Source: Clostridiaceae bacterium
GTDB lineage: Bacteria; Bacillota; Clostridia; CAYPLH01; DUMO01
NCBI GenBank assembly: GCA_012839865.1
Contig: DUMO01000007.1
Span: 1 to 33,672, forward strand
DNA: 33,672 nt
Reading direction: 5' to 3'
Of this stretch, positions 9,390-17,470 are shown one piece after another. The notes beneath the pieces were generated by a model. The model saw only the letters and a program-made list of their open reading frames with translations. It made no database searches and was not told the origin of the DNA. Every line of letters starts with the position of its first letter. Positions within the stretch are counted from its first letter, which is position 1. The translations under genes and the position numbers were made by a program.

Positions 9390-9421
9390 TAAGATTGTTA
9401 ACAGGCTAAAACCCGCTTTTT

Positions 9422-11035
9422 TCATTGTTTTTCCAGACACTCAACATATTTTTCAGGCAGCAGGTCCATATCTTCACACTCTTTTAAAGCCAGCATTGTC
9501 ATTAACTCAACCTGCTGGGTGCTGGGTTTGCACCTGTTAATTGCATCAAATAGCACCCTTTCGGTTAGAACCGGGTTTTCCGGGTTGGCATCACAGGCAA
9601 TTTCATAAGCTTTTCGTACAACAGACTCTATTTCCGCACCGGTATATTTACCGGTAAGTTCGGCAAAGGGCATGAAATCTGTCACGTCTGTCAAAAACCC
9701 ATACTTATTTATTATAACCGAAAAAATCTCTGCCCTTTCCTCCTTTTCAGGAAGCAATATCGGGATTTTTTTATCAAAGCGCCCAGCTCTTTTCAAAGCC
9801 ACATCCAAAAGATCGGGCCTGTTGGTTGCTGCTATGAAAATAATTTTACCTCTATTATTTGTATTACCGGTAAACTGTAAAAATTCACTGAAAATATTCC
9901 TGCTTACACCACTGTCACCGCTTTCGCCCCTTCTGAAGGTCGTATCAATTTCATCCACAAATACTATTACAGGCTGCTGGGATTGTGCCCCCAAAAGGCA
10001 CTTCTTGAAGTTCTTTTCACTTTCGCCTACATATTGTCCCAGAATACGGGACATATCAATTTTGACACAGTTGAATCCGCTGGCTTTGGCAAGAGCATTG
10101 ACCAAAAGAGTTTTGCCGGTTCCTGAAGGTCCGCAGAGCAATATACCCATGGGCACCCGGCGGAGGTCGCCTTTCTTTACCGGTTCAACCACGTTCTTTA
10201 AAAGGTAGTTCTTCACTTTTTCCATTCCGCCAATATTTTCAAAGCCAATCTCAGGATATATGAATTCCAGGACATCTCCATACTCTTTATTAAGAATGGA
10301 TTGCTTTTTTTCCTTGATAAACTCAAAACTTACGGGCACATCTTCTGCCTCCGCCCTCAGGGCTATGTCTTTTATGGCATTCTTGGACAGTCCTGATGAC
10401 AGCTTGGCAAACTCCTGGGGTGTTACTTTGGTTTTCAAGCTGCTTTTTTCAAGCAGATAGCTAATGTATTCAAGGCGCTGATTTTCATCAGGCAGGCCTA
10501 CCAGAAGCGGCTCCACCCGGTAAGAGGATTTTAATATTTCCCTGCTTACACCTGCCAGGTTGTCCGCCATCATTACAATTACGCTTCCCGCTGATGAAAT
10601 CGTACCGTTTACCGACCATTCCGAAAGCCATATGAGGGACATGCGTTCTTCCATGCTCATGCTGCCAATATCCACCGACGGGATTATTTTCTCGATGTGG
10701 TCTATGAAAAACGCCATTTTTGTGTTTTTCAGAGCAGAATCAATAAATGGGAATATTTTGGACGGCGGAGCCATAAATAAATTGGATGCAACATTAGAGG
10801 TTATCTTGTTGAACTCACGCTGCATGCCGGGCTCCAGGAACCTCAATCCCCTTGAGATGTCATAGTATGCTACTATAGAAAAATTCCTCGGTTTTAAAAA
10901 TTCCTCGTATATAAACCGTTCAATGCCCCGGAAATTGTCCACTGAATCCCTTACGTTAAAGTGCAGCAGGAACTCATGGGTCATTCCGGATTTGTATTTG
11001 TTTGCAAAATTATCATACCAAAAACCTTCCGCCAC
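9422..11035 (-). CDS. Classical-clade AAA+ ATPase (537 aa) with degenerate N-terminal module
   Basis: Walker A GPSGTGKT, pore loop QYVGESE, Walker B VFVDEID, SRH AATNRPDLLDVALKRAGRFD. Start reassigned to GTG 11035 behind AAGGAG. Confidence 0.88.
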   Translation of the reverse strand: MAEGFWYDNFANKYKSGMTHEFLLHFNVRDSVDNFRGIERFIYEEFLKPRNFSIVAYYDISRGLRFLEPGMQREFNKITSNVASNLFMAPPSKIFPFIDSALKNTKMAFFIDHIEKIIPSVDIGSMSMEERMSLIWLSEWSVNGTISSAGSVIVMMADNLAGVSREILKSSYRVEPLLVGLPDENQRLEYISYLLEKSSLKTKVTPQEFAKLSSGLSKNAIKDIALRAEAEDVPVSFEFIKEKKQSILNKEYGDVLEFIYPEIGFENIGGMEKVKNYLLKNVVEPVKKGDLRRVPMGILLCGPSGTGKTLLVNALAKASGFNCVKIDMSRILGQYVGESEKNFKKCLLGAQSQQPVIVFVDEIDTTFRRGESGDSGVSRNIFSEFLQFTGNTNNRGKIIFIAATNRPDLLDVALKRAGRFDKKIPILLPEKEERAEIFSVIINKYGFLTDVTDFMPFAELTGKYTGAEIESVVRKAYEIACDANPENPVLTERVLFDAINRCKPSTQQVELMTMLALKECEDMDLLPEKYVECLEKQ

Positions 11036-11084
11036 CTGATACAGCTCCTTTTTCCATAAATTTGCGAATGGCCTTAATACTTCT

Positions 11085-11113
11085 ACATTACATTTTTGAA
11101 TGGTTGAAGTCAA
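11085..11113 (-). promoter_or_regulatory. Possible SigA promoter of the AAA ATPase
   Basis: Minus strand TTGACT-N17-TAATGT. Confidence 0.45.
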
Positions 11114-11147
11114 GAGCCAATCCAGCAAGTAGGACAGGAGGATGGTA

Positions 11148-11216
11148 CCTTGCCCCATTTTCCGGCAGCGTGTCAATTCCCTTGCCCCATTTTCGGGCAG
11201 TGTGTCAATTCCCTTG
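11148..11216. repeat. Tandem 32-bp direct repeat (2 units plus 5 bp)
   Basis: CCTTGCCCCATTTTCCGGCAGCGTGTCAATTC / CCTTGCCCCATTTTCGGGCAGTGTGTCAATTC, 30/32 identical. Confidence 0.95.
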
Positions 11217-11225
11217 AACAACTTA

Positions 11226-11443
11226 CCATGAATGAAATGAATGCAGAACATAACAAGGCTTTTATTTTGAGAAAACCGACGGTTCGCTGAAGTCAAAAAT
11301 GCTACCGCTTTTTACTCGCCCTCCGTGGCTCGAAAAAGCTAAAAAAACATCCTGTTTTTTTCACGCATTTTTGCCTTCAACTCACCTGGTTTTCTAACAA
11401 AATAAAGCCATTTGTTATTGTTCTGTATTCATTTCATTCATGG
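11226..11443. mobile_element. MITE-like palindromic element, family A (complete)
   Basis: About 52-56 bp imperfect terminal inverted repeats (11226-11277 / 11388-11443), nested inner inverted repeats, non-coding; third arm copy near 14440. Repeat is seen; mobility is inferred. Confidence 0.6.
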
Positions 11444-11531
11444 CAGACGTTACTTTAACTCTTGCAGCATAAAAAATTTCATAAGGGATACAATAAAAAA
11501 ACGCAAAAAAAATCAAAACGGAGGGGTTTTT

Positions 11532-11741
11532 GTGGAGACAGTCACCTTTAATATTCCTGCAGTATCATGCAAGACCTGTGCGGAGAAAATTGAAAATGCG
11601 CTTTCGAATTTGCAGGGAGTAGAAAAAGTATCGGTGGATTTGAAGGCTGAAAGCGTAAGGGTGGATTTTAAGCCGGAAAGTGTAAGTACAGAGGAAATTT
11701 CAAAGGAAATCTCAAATTTGGGTTTTGAAGCGGTGAAATGA
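11532..11741 (+). CDS. Heavy-metal-associated (HMA) domain protein, CopZ-like
   Basis: 69 aa, VSCKTC CxxC motif, GVEKVSVDL; GGAGGG RBS before GTG 11532. Confidence 0.85.
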   Translation: METVTFNIPAVSCKTCAEKIENALSNLQGVEKVSVDLKAESVRVDFKPESVSTEEISKEISNLGFEAVK

Positions 11742-11766
11742 TTTTTTTGAAGCAGTGAAATAATTT
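11723..11766. repeat. 22-bp tandem duplication of the HMA gene 3' end
   Basis: TTTTGAAGCGGTGAAATGATTT / TTTTGAAGCAGTGAAATAATTT. Confidence 0.8.
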
Positions 11767-11835
11767 AAGTTATTGGCATTGATTGCCCGAAAATTCCGCA
11801 AGAAGTTGAGCAATTGATAAATTTATATCTGAGCC

Positions 11836-11863
11836 GGCACTGTCCCCGGTGGTACGCAGTGCC
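11836..11863. terminator. Hairpin between convergent genes, possible terminator
   Basis: GGCACTG / CAGTGCC 7-bp stem, no clear U-tract. Confidence 0.35.
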
Positions 11864-11913
11864 TGAGCCTTTGAAGCTGATTATTCTTAAAATATAAAAT
11901 TTAAAGTTATTGA

Positions 11914-12666
11914 TTAGCTTATTCTTTTTGCCAGATGCTTTTTTGCGGCCAATAAATCTGACATCTTATCCACATCATTTGCAAGCTCCGGGTATTCTGA
12001 AATTATGGCGGAGGCCCTTGCGTTCAGCATTTTTGAGAATCTCTTTTCAATTTTTTCAATTGTAAGGGTACCTGTCATCAACTGAATAAGGAGCTTGAAA
12101 CTTACTATGCGTGCCATTTTTAAAGGCCGCTTTCGTGCTTCGATCAACTCCCTGGCTATTGCCAGCCCCTTGTTTATGATACGGGGGTTTAGATAAAAAA
12201 CGTTTCCGCCTGTAAAAATGCCCTCCTTCAGTTTTGTATATGTCCTCTTCATTTCCGGGAAATATTTTTCACTGAGGGATTTTTCAACTATGGGGTAAGA
12301 CAAATCAAGATTCATGGATAAAGACCTTGATATGAAATCATCGATGGATTGTGTCGTAACAAGAGGGATATCGCTGGTGCATACCAAAATGTTCCTGTTG
12401 CTGCCCAGGTAATTTATGCCGGAAATAATATTATCCATTATTGTATTGGCGGCTTCAATAATTTCGATTTTTGTTCCTGTAAAAATTTCTGCAAGCTTCT
12501 CTTTCGGCCCGATTAATAAAATTCTTGCAATGTTATGGGATTTTAAAAGAGCTTCAACTACATATTCCACCATTGTTTTGCCATGAATACAAACCAGAGC
12601 TTTGTTTTCGGAGTAGTCGGAGTCTTTTATAGTCCCGCCGCCTGCAAGCACGATTGCATCCAGCAT
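11914..12666 (-). CDS. Nucleotidyltransferase family protein (MobA/NTP_transf_3-like)
   Basis: DAIVLAGG, NKAL..I.GK.MV.YV, TSDIPL, DVDK motifs; AGGAG RBS before ATG 12666. Confidence 0.82.
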   Translation of the reverse strand: MLDAIVLAGGGTIKDSDYSENKALVCIHGKTMVEYVVEALLKSHNIARILLIGPKEKLAEIFTGTKIEIIEAANTIMDNIISGINYLGSNRNILVCTSDIPLVTTQSIDDFISRSLSMNLDLSYPIVEKSLSEKYFPEMKRTYTKLKEGIFTGGNVFYLNPRIINKGLAIARELIEARKRPLKMARIVSFKLLIQLMTGTLTIEKIEKRFSKMLNARASAIISEYPELANDVDKMSDLLAAKKHLAKRIS

Positions 12667-12728
12667 TCTTTCAGATCTCCTCACTTTTTTGTAATGTATG
12701 CGCGGATACTTATTGCTCAAAAGTTTTT

Positions 12729-13421
12729 TCAAGGAGTTTTAAATTTCTGTTCTTTATCTATGGCAGTTATTATAGCCTGCTCCTGATTTTTTATATGCTG
12801 TTCCGCCGCTTTCTGTGCATTTGCAGAATCCCTGCTTTTTATATACTCAAATATTTCAAGATGTTCCTTAATAAGGTTCTTTGCGCTTCTATAATCTTTA
12901 AGATACAATACTCTGAACCTTAAGACCTGCTCCCTTAAATTGTCAATAATCTGAATAAGCTTGTCATTTCTGGACGACTTGTATATGATATCATGAAACT
13001 CAATATCCTTTTTAATGGAACCCTGGAGATTGCCTTTTTCTATATATTCATTCAGGCATGAGGATACGGATTTTAAATGCTCCAGTTCATTGTCGGTTAT
13101 CCTTTTGGCTGCAAGAGACGCAGCCAGACCATCGAGGGAGGCACGCAATTCAAGCACATCCATGATGTTTTTCACAGTCAGTTCGGCAACATGAGCGCCT
13201 TTGCGGGGAATCATGGTTACAAAGCCTTCCAGTTCCAGTTTTCTTATTGCTTCACGTACCGGAGTTCTTGAAACACCCATTTTTTCGGCAAGATGCACTT
13301 CCATCAGCCTTTCACCCGGCTTTAACTCACCAATGATAATTGCTTCTCTCAGGGTGTTGAAAATTATATCCCTTAAAGGCTGGTAGTCATTTAAATTGAT
13401 TCTTTTAATTTTACCTGCCAT
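12729..13421 (-). CDS. GntR-family (FCD-type) transcriptional regulator
   Basis: wHTH LKPGERL.E..LA..MGVSRTPVREAIRKLE; FCD domain with FH..I...S.N and EH motifs. Confidence 0.92.
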   Translation of the reverse strand: MAGKIKRINLNDYQPLRDIIFNTLREAIIIGELKPGERLMEVHLAEKMGVSRTPVREAIRKLELEGFVTMIPRKGAHVAELTVKNIMDVLELRASLDGLAASLAAKRITDNELEHLKSVSSCLNEYIEKGNLQGSIKKDIEFHDIIYKSSRNDKLIQIIDNLREQVLRFRVLYLKDYRSAKNLIKEHLEIFEYIKSRDSANAQKAAEQHIKNQEQAIITAIDKEQKFKTP

Positions 13422-13424
13422 TTC

Positions 13425-14288
13425 TCACATCTCCCTAACTTTGGTTCTGGTTAATATTGTTTCATAACCATATGACTTAAATTTGCTCCGTGCATTTTCC
13501 ATCAGGCTGGCATCCCGGAAAATGCCAAAGACTGTCGGTCCGCTTCCGCTCATCAAGCTTCCGAGAGCACCGTTTTCCTTGAGCTGCCTTTTTATTTCGG
13601 AAATAATACCGTATTTTTTTTCTGTCACAGTCTCAAGTACATTTTTCATATTGCGAGCAAGTCTTTCTATGTCATTCTGCATTACAGCATTAATTAACAA
13701 CTCTGTATCGGGGCGTTCTGTCACGGCATTAAGGTTTAAATTCCTGTAAACCCATGCTGTGCTGACTTCAATGCCCGGGTTTACAAGAAGGATATCCAGA
13801 GGCTTCATTGAAGCAACTTTCGCAAGCTTCTCACCAATTCCCTCGGCAAGCTGGGTGTACCCATCAACGAAAAACGGAACATCTGCTCCAACCTTAACAG
13901 ACAAATCCTGCAGTGAAACTTCACCAAGCCCGAGATTAAAAAGCTGATTCATTGATTTCAACACTGCCGCCGCATCGGAACTGCCGCCTCCAAGTCCTGC
14001 TGCCGCAGGAATCCTCTTCTCAATGGATATTTTCACGCCCTTTTGTATTTTGTATTCATCAAGAAGCAGTTTGGCTGCCCTATATGCGGTGTTTGCCTCA
14101 TCAGTCGGTATCTTCGGGTTATTGCAGCAAATTTCTATACCTTTGGAAATAATTTCAACAGTTATTATATCATGCAGTTCAACTTCCTGCATAATCATTC
14201 TGAGTTCATGATATCCATCTTCCCTTTTTCCAAGGACATCAAGGGAAAGGTTGATTTTCGCATGAGCCTTTGCCGTAATAAGGTTCAT
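13425..14288 (-). CDS. ispE: 4-diphosphocytidyl-2-C-methyl-D-erythritol kinase
   Basis: AKINLSLDV, KRIPAAAGLGGGSSDAA, GADVPFF, MSGSGPTVFG. Confidence 0.96.
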   Translation of the reverse strand: MNLITAKAHAKINLSLDVLGKREDGYHELRMIMQEVELHDIITVEIISKGIEICCNNPKIPTDEANTAYRAAKLLLDEYKIQKGVKISIEKRIPAAAGLGGGSSDAAAVLKSMNQLFNLGLGEVSLQDLSVKVGADVPFFVDGYTQLAEGIGEKLAKVASMKPLDILLVNPGIEVSTAWVYRNLNLNAVTERPDTELLINAVMQNDIERLARNMKNVLETVTEKKYGIISEIKRQLKENGALGSLMSGSGPTVFGIFRDASLMENARSKFKSYGYETILTRTKVREM

Positions 14289-14362
14289 AATACCGATATA
14301 ACTCCCCCGGTTGTAAATTGAAACAGAAAGTCAACTCATGACAATCTTCTAAAAGTAATTAA

Positions 14363-14391
14363 ATTATGAACCAGAATATTCTTTAAGTCAA
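14363..14391 (-). promoter_or_regulatory. SigA promoter of ispE-gntR-nucleotidyltransferase
   Basis: Minus strand TTGACT-N17-CATAAT. Confidence 0.6.
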
Positions 14392-14439
14392 GCACGGGTT
14401 GTGTTTTGGTTTTGAAAGAGGGACGGGAGGATTTGGCAC

Positions 14440-14528
14440 TTTTGCCTTTAAGCTAACCTGGTTTTCTGACAAAATAAAGCCAATTGTTATGTTCTGCACA
14501 CATTCCATTTATGAAATCTGGTAAGTTC
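14440..14528 (+). repeat. Solo arm of palindromic element family A
   Basis: TTTTGCCTT...ACCTGGTTTTCTGACAAAATAAAGCCAATTGTTATGTTCTGCA matches 11369-11430. Confidence 0.85.
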
Positions 14529-14616
14529 AATAAATATAGTTGTAATATTGCAATATGTTCAGAAAAGATAATTTTGGGATAATGTACCTGTCTCATTGCC
14601 CAGGTAGAAAATATTC

Positions 14617-14682
14617 GGGCACCTTTGCAGGGCTAAAATAAGAATTTAAGGTACTGCTTCAAGCCCGTTGCAAAAGGTGCCC
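14617..14682. terminator. Long-loop hairpin just downstream of sipL
   Basis: GGGCACCTTTGCAGGGCT / AGCCCGTTGCAAAAGGTGCCC imperfect inverted repeat. Confidence 0.4.
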
Positions 14683-14710
14683 AAAATGCTGCAAAAATTG
14701 ATGCTATGAG

Positions 14711-16276
14711 TTATGATGCTCTTTTTGGTATGAAAATCTGCTGCCCGGGAGCAACGTGGTCCGAATCCATGTTGTTCATGGCTTTTATTGCATCTACCGT
14801 AGTATAGTATTTCTTTGCAATATTCCAAAGGGTATCTTCCGGCTGTGCAAAATAGATTACAATGCTGGGCTGATTGGCAAGAACGCTTTCATCCACAGGG
14901 TTCTCGACAACATTATCCACCAGCGCGACCTCATTTTGTCCGAAAGCTTTCACATTTACATTTATTATAAGCCTCTGCTCAATTTCAGAGGGGGAGACAA
15001 TGCTGTAACTGTTATGGAGAACATCCAGGCGTATGCGGTAGGATGCATTTTCGTCCGCCGTATCCAGATTAATTTTCTGTGAAAAAGGTATTTCCTTTTT
15101 CATGCAGCATACAGGCTGTTCTTCATTGTCAGAAATGTACAATACATTGTTGACAACCAGCCCTTCCACACTGAGAGAATTGTTTTCTACAGCATAGTCA
15201 ATGAGCATGGGCTTGCTGAGTATGTTGAAGACTTCTTCAATATGAGGCTCGTTGTCATCAACCGATAAAATCTCCTTAATGTTTACAGGGCTGTTTTCAT
15301 CAGCCATCATATATTCATTGAGAAACTTTGATTTCTCAAAGTTGAGAATATTGCGCGGGCTGTAAGCGTCCTTGATCGTAAGGAAGCTTTGCAAATTAAA
15401 ACCTGCTATTTTTATGTTGATCCCTGCTCCAATATTGATGAATCTTAATTCACCGTCACTGTCCTCGGCTGCTTCCACGTTTGAATCCACAATTTTGCAG
15501 AACATGTCGCAATAAGAATTGTCAGTCAAACCGGGAAGTTCGATAAACTGCATGAAAGGAACCTCATGCTCCATGTGCTGTATATTTTCTTCCTCATTGT
15601 CTGCTATATACATGGTTGATATATTCAGCATGCCATTGACTGCCACTTTGTCATCGCTTACCTTATAACCTGCATTGGTGATTTTGAGGCCGGTAAGCAG
15701 TATTTCCTTCACCGGAGGTTTTCCTGCCGGAATTTCCATTGCTTCATTCACCGCAACATCCGATTCGGTTTCACCCAGGTATACATTAACCTTTACATTG
15801 TCTTCAAGAACCTGGACATCCTCCAGATTTGAAACATTGCTTACTATATGTATATTATCTTCACAGGCAGCTTTTGCGGTTATGTTTAATATGGCTTTCA
15901 CATTCAACTTCCTGCCGTTGATTATGTTGTAATCAAAATATTCAATGCCGCAATCAGCCCTGCAACTCATCCCTTCACGTACATTTACAAAATCCATGGA
16001 ATAGGAAAAGTCGGATTGTGATTCCATGCTTTTTACTCTTTTTGGTGCTTCATCGGTTAAATAAAGAATTTTATAGTTTATGGTTCCGCTAATATTAATT
16101 TTACCCTGCAAACATTCGGTATTCTTTATAAAAACATCTCCATCCAGAACCAATACATTGGCTACGTCAGGCTTTGTGTCCGGTACAATGATATCATTTT
16201 CAACAATAGTCTGCGCCGTGTTTTCACCAATAACCTGACTAACCCTTACAGTTTCCTTACCAAGTTCGACAGACAT
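14711..16276 (-). CDS. sipL: Spore coat morphogenetic protein SipL (3x SPOCS/DUF3794 plus LysM)
   Basis: Repeated DIIVPDTKPD / IPAGKPPV..IL / EPHIEEV modules and C-terminal LysM (YFAQPEDTLWNIAKKY.TTV..I); veg-sipL-ispE synteny. Confidence 0.88.
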   Translation of the reverse strand: MSVELGKETVRVSQVIGENTAQTIVENDIIVPDTKPDVANVLVLDGDVFIKNTECLQGKINISGTINYKILYLTDEAPKRVKSMESQSDFSYSMDFVNVREGMSCRADCGIEYFDYNIINGRKLNVKAILNITAKAACEDNIHIVSNVSNLEDVQVLEDNVKVNVYLGETESDVAVNEAMEIPAGKPPVKEILLTGLKITNAGYKVSDDKVAVNGMLNISTMYIADNEEENIQHMEHEVPFMQFIELPGLTDNSYCDMFCKIVDSNVEAAEDSDGELRFINIGAGINIKIAGFNLQSFLTIKDAYSPRNILNFEKSKFLNEYMMADENSPVNIKEILSVDDNEPHIEEVFNILSKPMLIDYAVENNSLSVEGLVVNNVLYISDNEEQPVCCMKKEIPFSQKINLDTADENASYRIRLDVLHNSYSIVSPSEIEQRLIINVNVKAFGQNEVALVDNVVENPVDESVLANQPSIVIYFAQPEDTLWNIAKKYYTTVDAIKAMNNMDSDHVAPGQQIFIPKRAS

Positions 16277-16449
16277 TATATATCCCCCTCTACCAATTTG
16301 TTCATATACTAACTTTGCTTTGTTTTACTTAATGACGGTTGCATTTTTGGTTTCGAAAAATACTGCCAAAAAGCCAAGTTTACCAGCCACCCTATGCTTT
16401 GAATGTAAATTGTCCGGTTCAAGTGATTAAGTAAAACGCAGTACTAATA

Positions 16450-16479
16450 ATATATATGGATAAGGATTTTGAATTATTA
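16450..16479 (-). promoter_or_regulatory. Possible SigE promoter of sipL
   Basis: Minus strand ATA-N16-CATATAT; sipL is SigE-dependent in C. difficile. Confidence 0.35.
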
Positions 16480-16661
16480 CACCTAATTTGGACATAATTT
16501 ATTGATGATTTTTTGACTGCTCAAAGAAATTTTGAGGGGTAAATATATAGCAGGTGCAATGCCGTCCGGTACCCGTTCGGCAGTATTTTGATTGGAAGGC
16601 AGCTTTACTGCAATGTTTGAGAGGATTGGTCATGCAATCCCAACAACCTTAATGCAATCAT

Positions 16662-16692
16662 AAAAAACTACCGAATAATTCCGGTAGTTTTT
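16662..16692 (-). terminator. Intrinsic terminator of veg
   Basis: AAAAACTACCG / CGGTAGTTTTT stem with U-run on the minus strand. Confidence 0.8.
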
Positions 16693-16806
16693 ATTATACT
16701 CAGTATGTCCTTACCTGATGCTATTAATTTTGTGAAGGCTTTGGCTCAAATTGCTCCATCGTGAAGATTGCGAAAGCAGCAGCAAACAATTTCAACATGC
16801 AGAAGA

Positions 16807-17073
16807 CTAGGAAACCTGAATTCTCTTGTTATCTTTATATATAAAAAGTTCAACAGCCTTTGTTAATATATCTGTATAACTATAAGACACACGTCTGGTT
16901 GTTTCATAATCATTTTCGAATTTCACAATAAATATGCTTGGATATGTGTTCTCAAGAACGCCGTCTTTAATAAAGGATTTTTTTCTTCCCTTGTTTGTTT
17001 TAAGTTGAACTCTTTCCCCAACGCAGCCTTCTATATTCTTTCGGATTTGGAGCAGGTCGCTTTTCTCGGCCAT
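16807..17073 (-). CDS. veg: Veg family protein
   Basis: G.RVQLKTNKGRKK...GVLENTYPSIF.V...SYSYTDILTKAVEL; GAGGTG RBS before ATG 17073. Confidence 0.92.
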   Translation of the reverse strand: MAEKSDLLQIRKNIEGCVGERVQLKTNKGRKKSFIKDGVLENTYPSIFIVKFENDYETTRRVSYSYTDILTKAVELFIYKDNKRIQVS

Positions 17074-17102
17074 ACTTATCACCTCATCTTTTGTTTGTTA
17101 AT

Positions 17103-17131
17103 ATTATATCATGTTAACGTGGGCTTGTCAA
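17103..17131 (-). promoter_or_regulatory. veg proximal SigA promoter
   Basis: TTGACA-N17-TATAAT with TG extension. Confidence 0.85.
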
Positions 17132-17144
17132 AAAAAATGCAGAT

Positions 17145-17174
17145 ATTATAGCAAGTGCAAATAAGCCATGTCAA
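17145..17174 (-). promoter_or_regulatory. veg distal SigA promoter
   Basis: TTGACA-N18-TATAAT with TG extension. Confidence 0.75.
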
Positions 17175-17335
17175 GCACTTTTTTATAATTATTAAAAAAA
17201 TGTGAAAAAAATAATTTTTTTCACCCAGTAACATCCTAAAAATATCAAAAAGAGGATTAATATTCCCGATGAAAAAGTATTGTATGTAAAGTGGTTGTAG
17301 TATATTATTATGTACAGATATTATAAAAATATTAT

Positions 17336-17364
17336 TTGATTTTGAGATTTCGTGCGTTTATAAT
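17336..17364 (+). promoter_or_regulatory. SigA promoter of the VanW-family gene
   Basis: TTGATT-N17-TATAAT. Confidence 0.55.
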
Positions 17365-17470
17365 GGGAAAATAAGGCTTAAACAAAATAATATGTTATAG
17401 ATACCGGGAAACCAACAATAGCCCCTTTAAGTCTAACAACATACTTAGAAATCTTGGTGGAGTGCAGCTT

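Noticed and set aside
11040..11150. Sigma-54 promoter for the ATPase
   Set aside because: TGGC is present but no GC at the required GG-N10-GC spacing.
11148..11216. CRISPR mini-array
   Set aside because: Repeats are directly adjacent with no spacers, only two units, and no cas genes.
11036..11531. N-terminal extensions of the ATPase (from 11296) and HMA protein (from 11412) in the ORF track
   Set aside because: Both run through repeats and promoter DNA; strong RBSs support GTG 11035 and GTG 11532.
16356..16589. 11-bp long-range inverted repeat AAAATACTGCC / GGCAGTATTTT upstream of sipL
   Set aside because: Short, about 220 bp apart, no extended arm similarity; could be chance.
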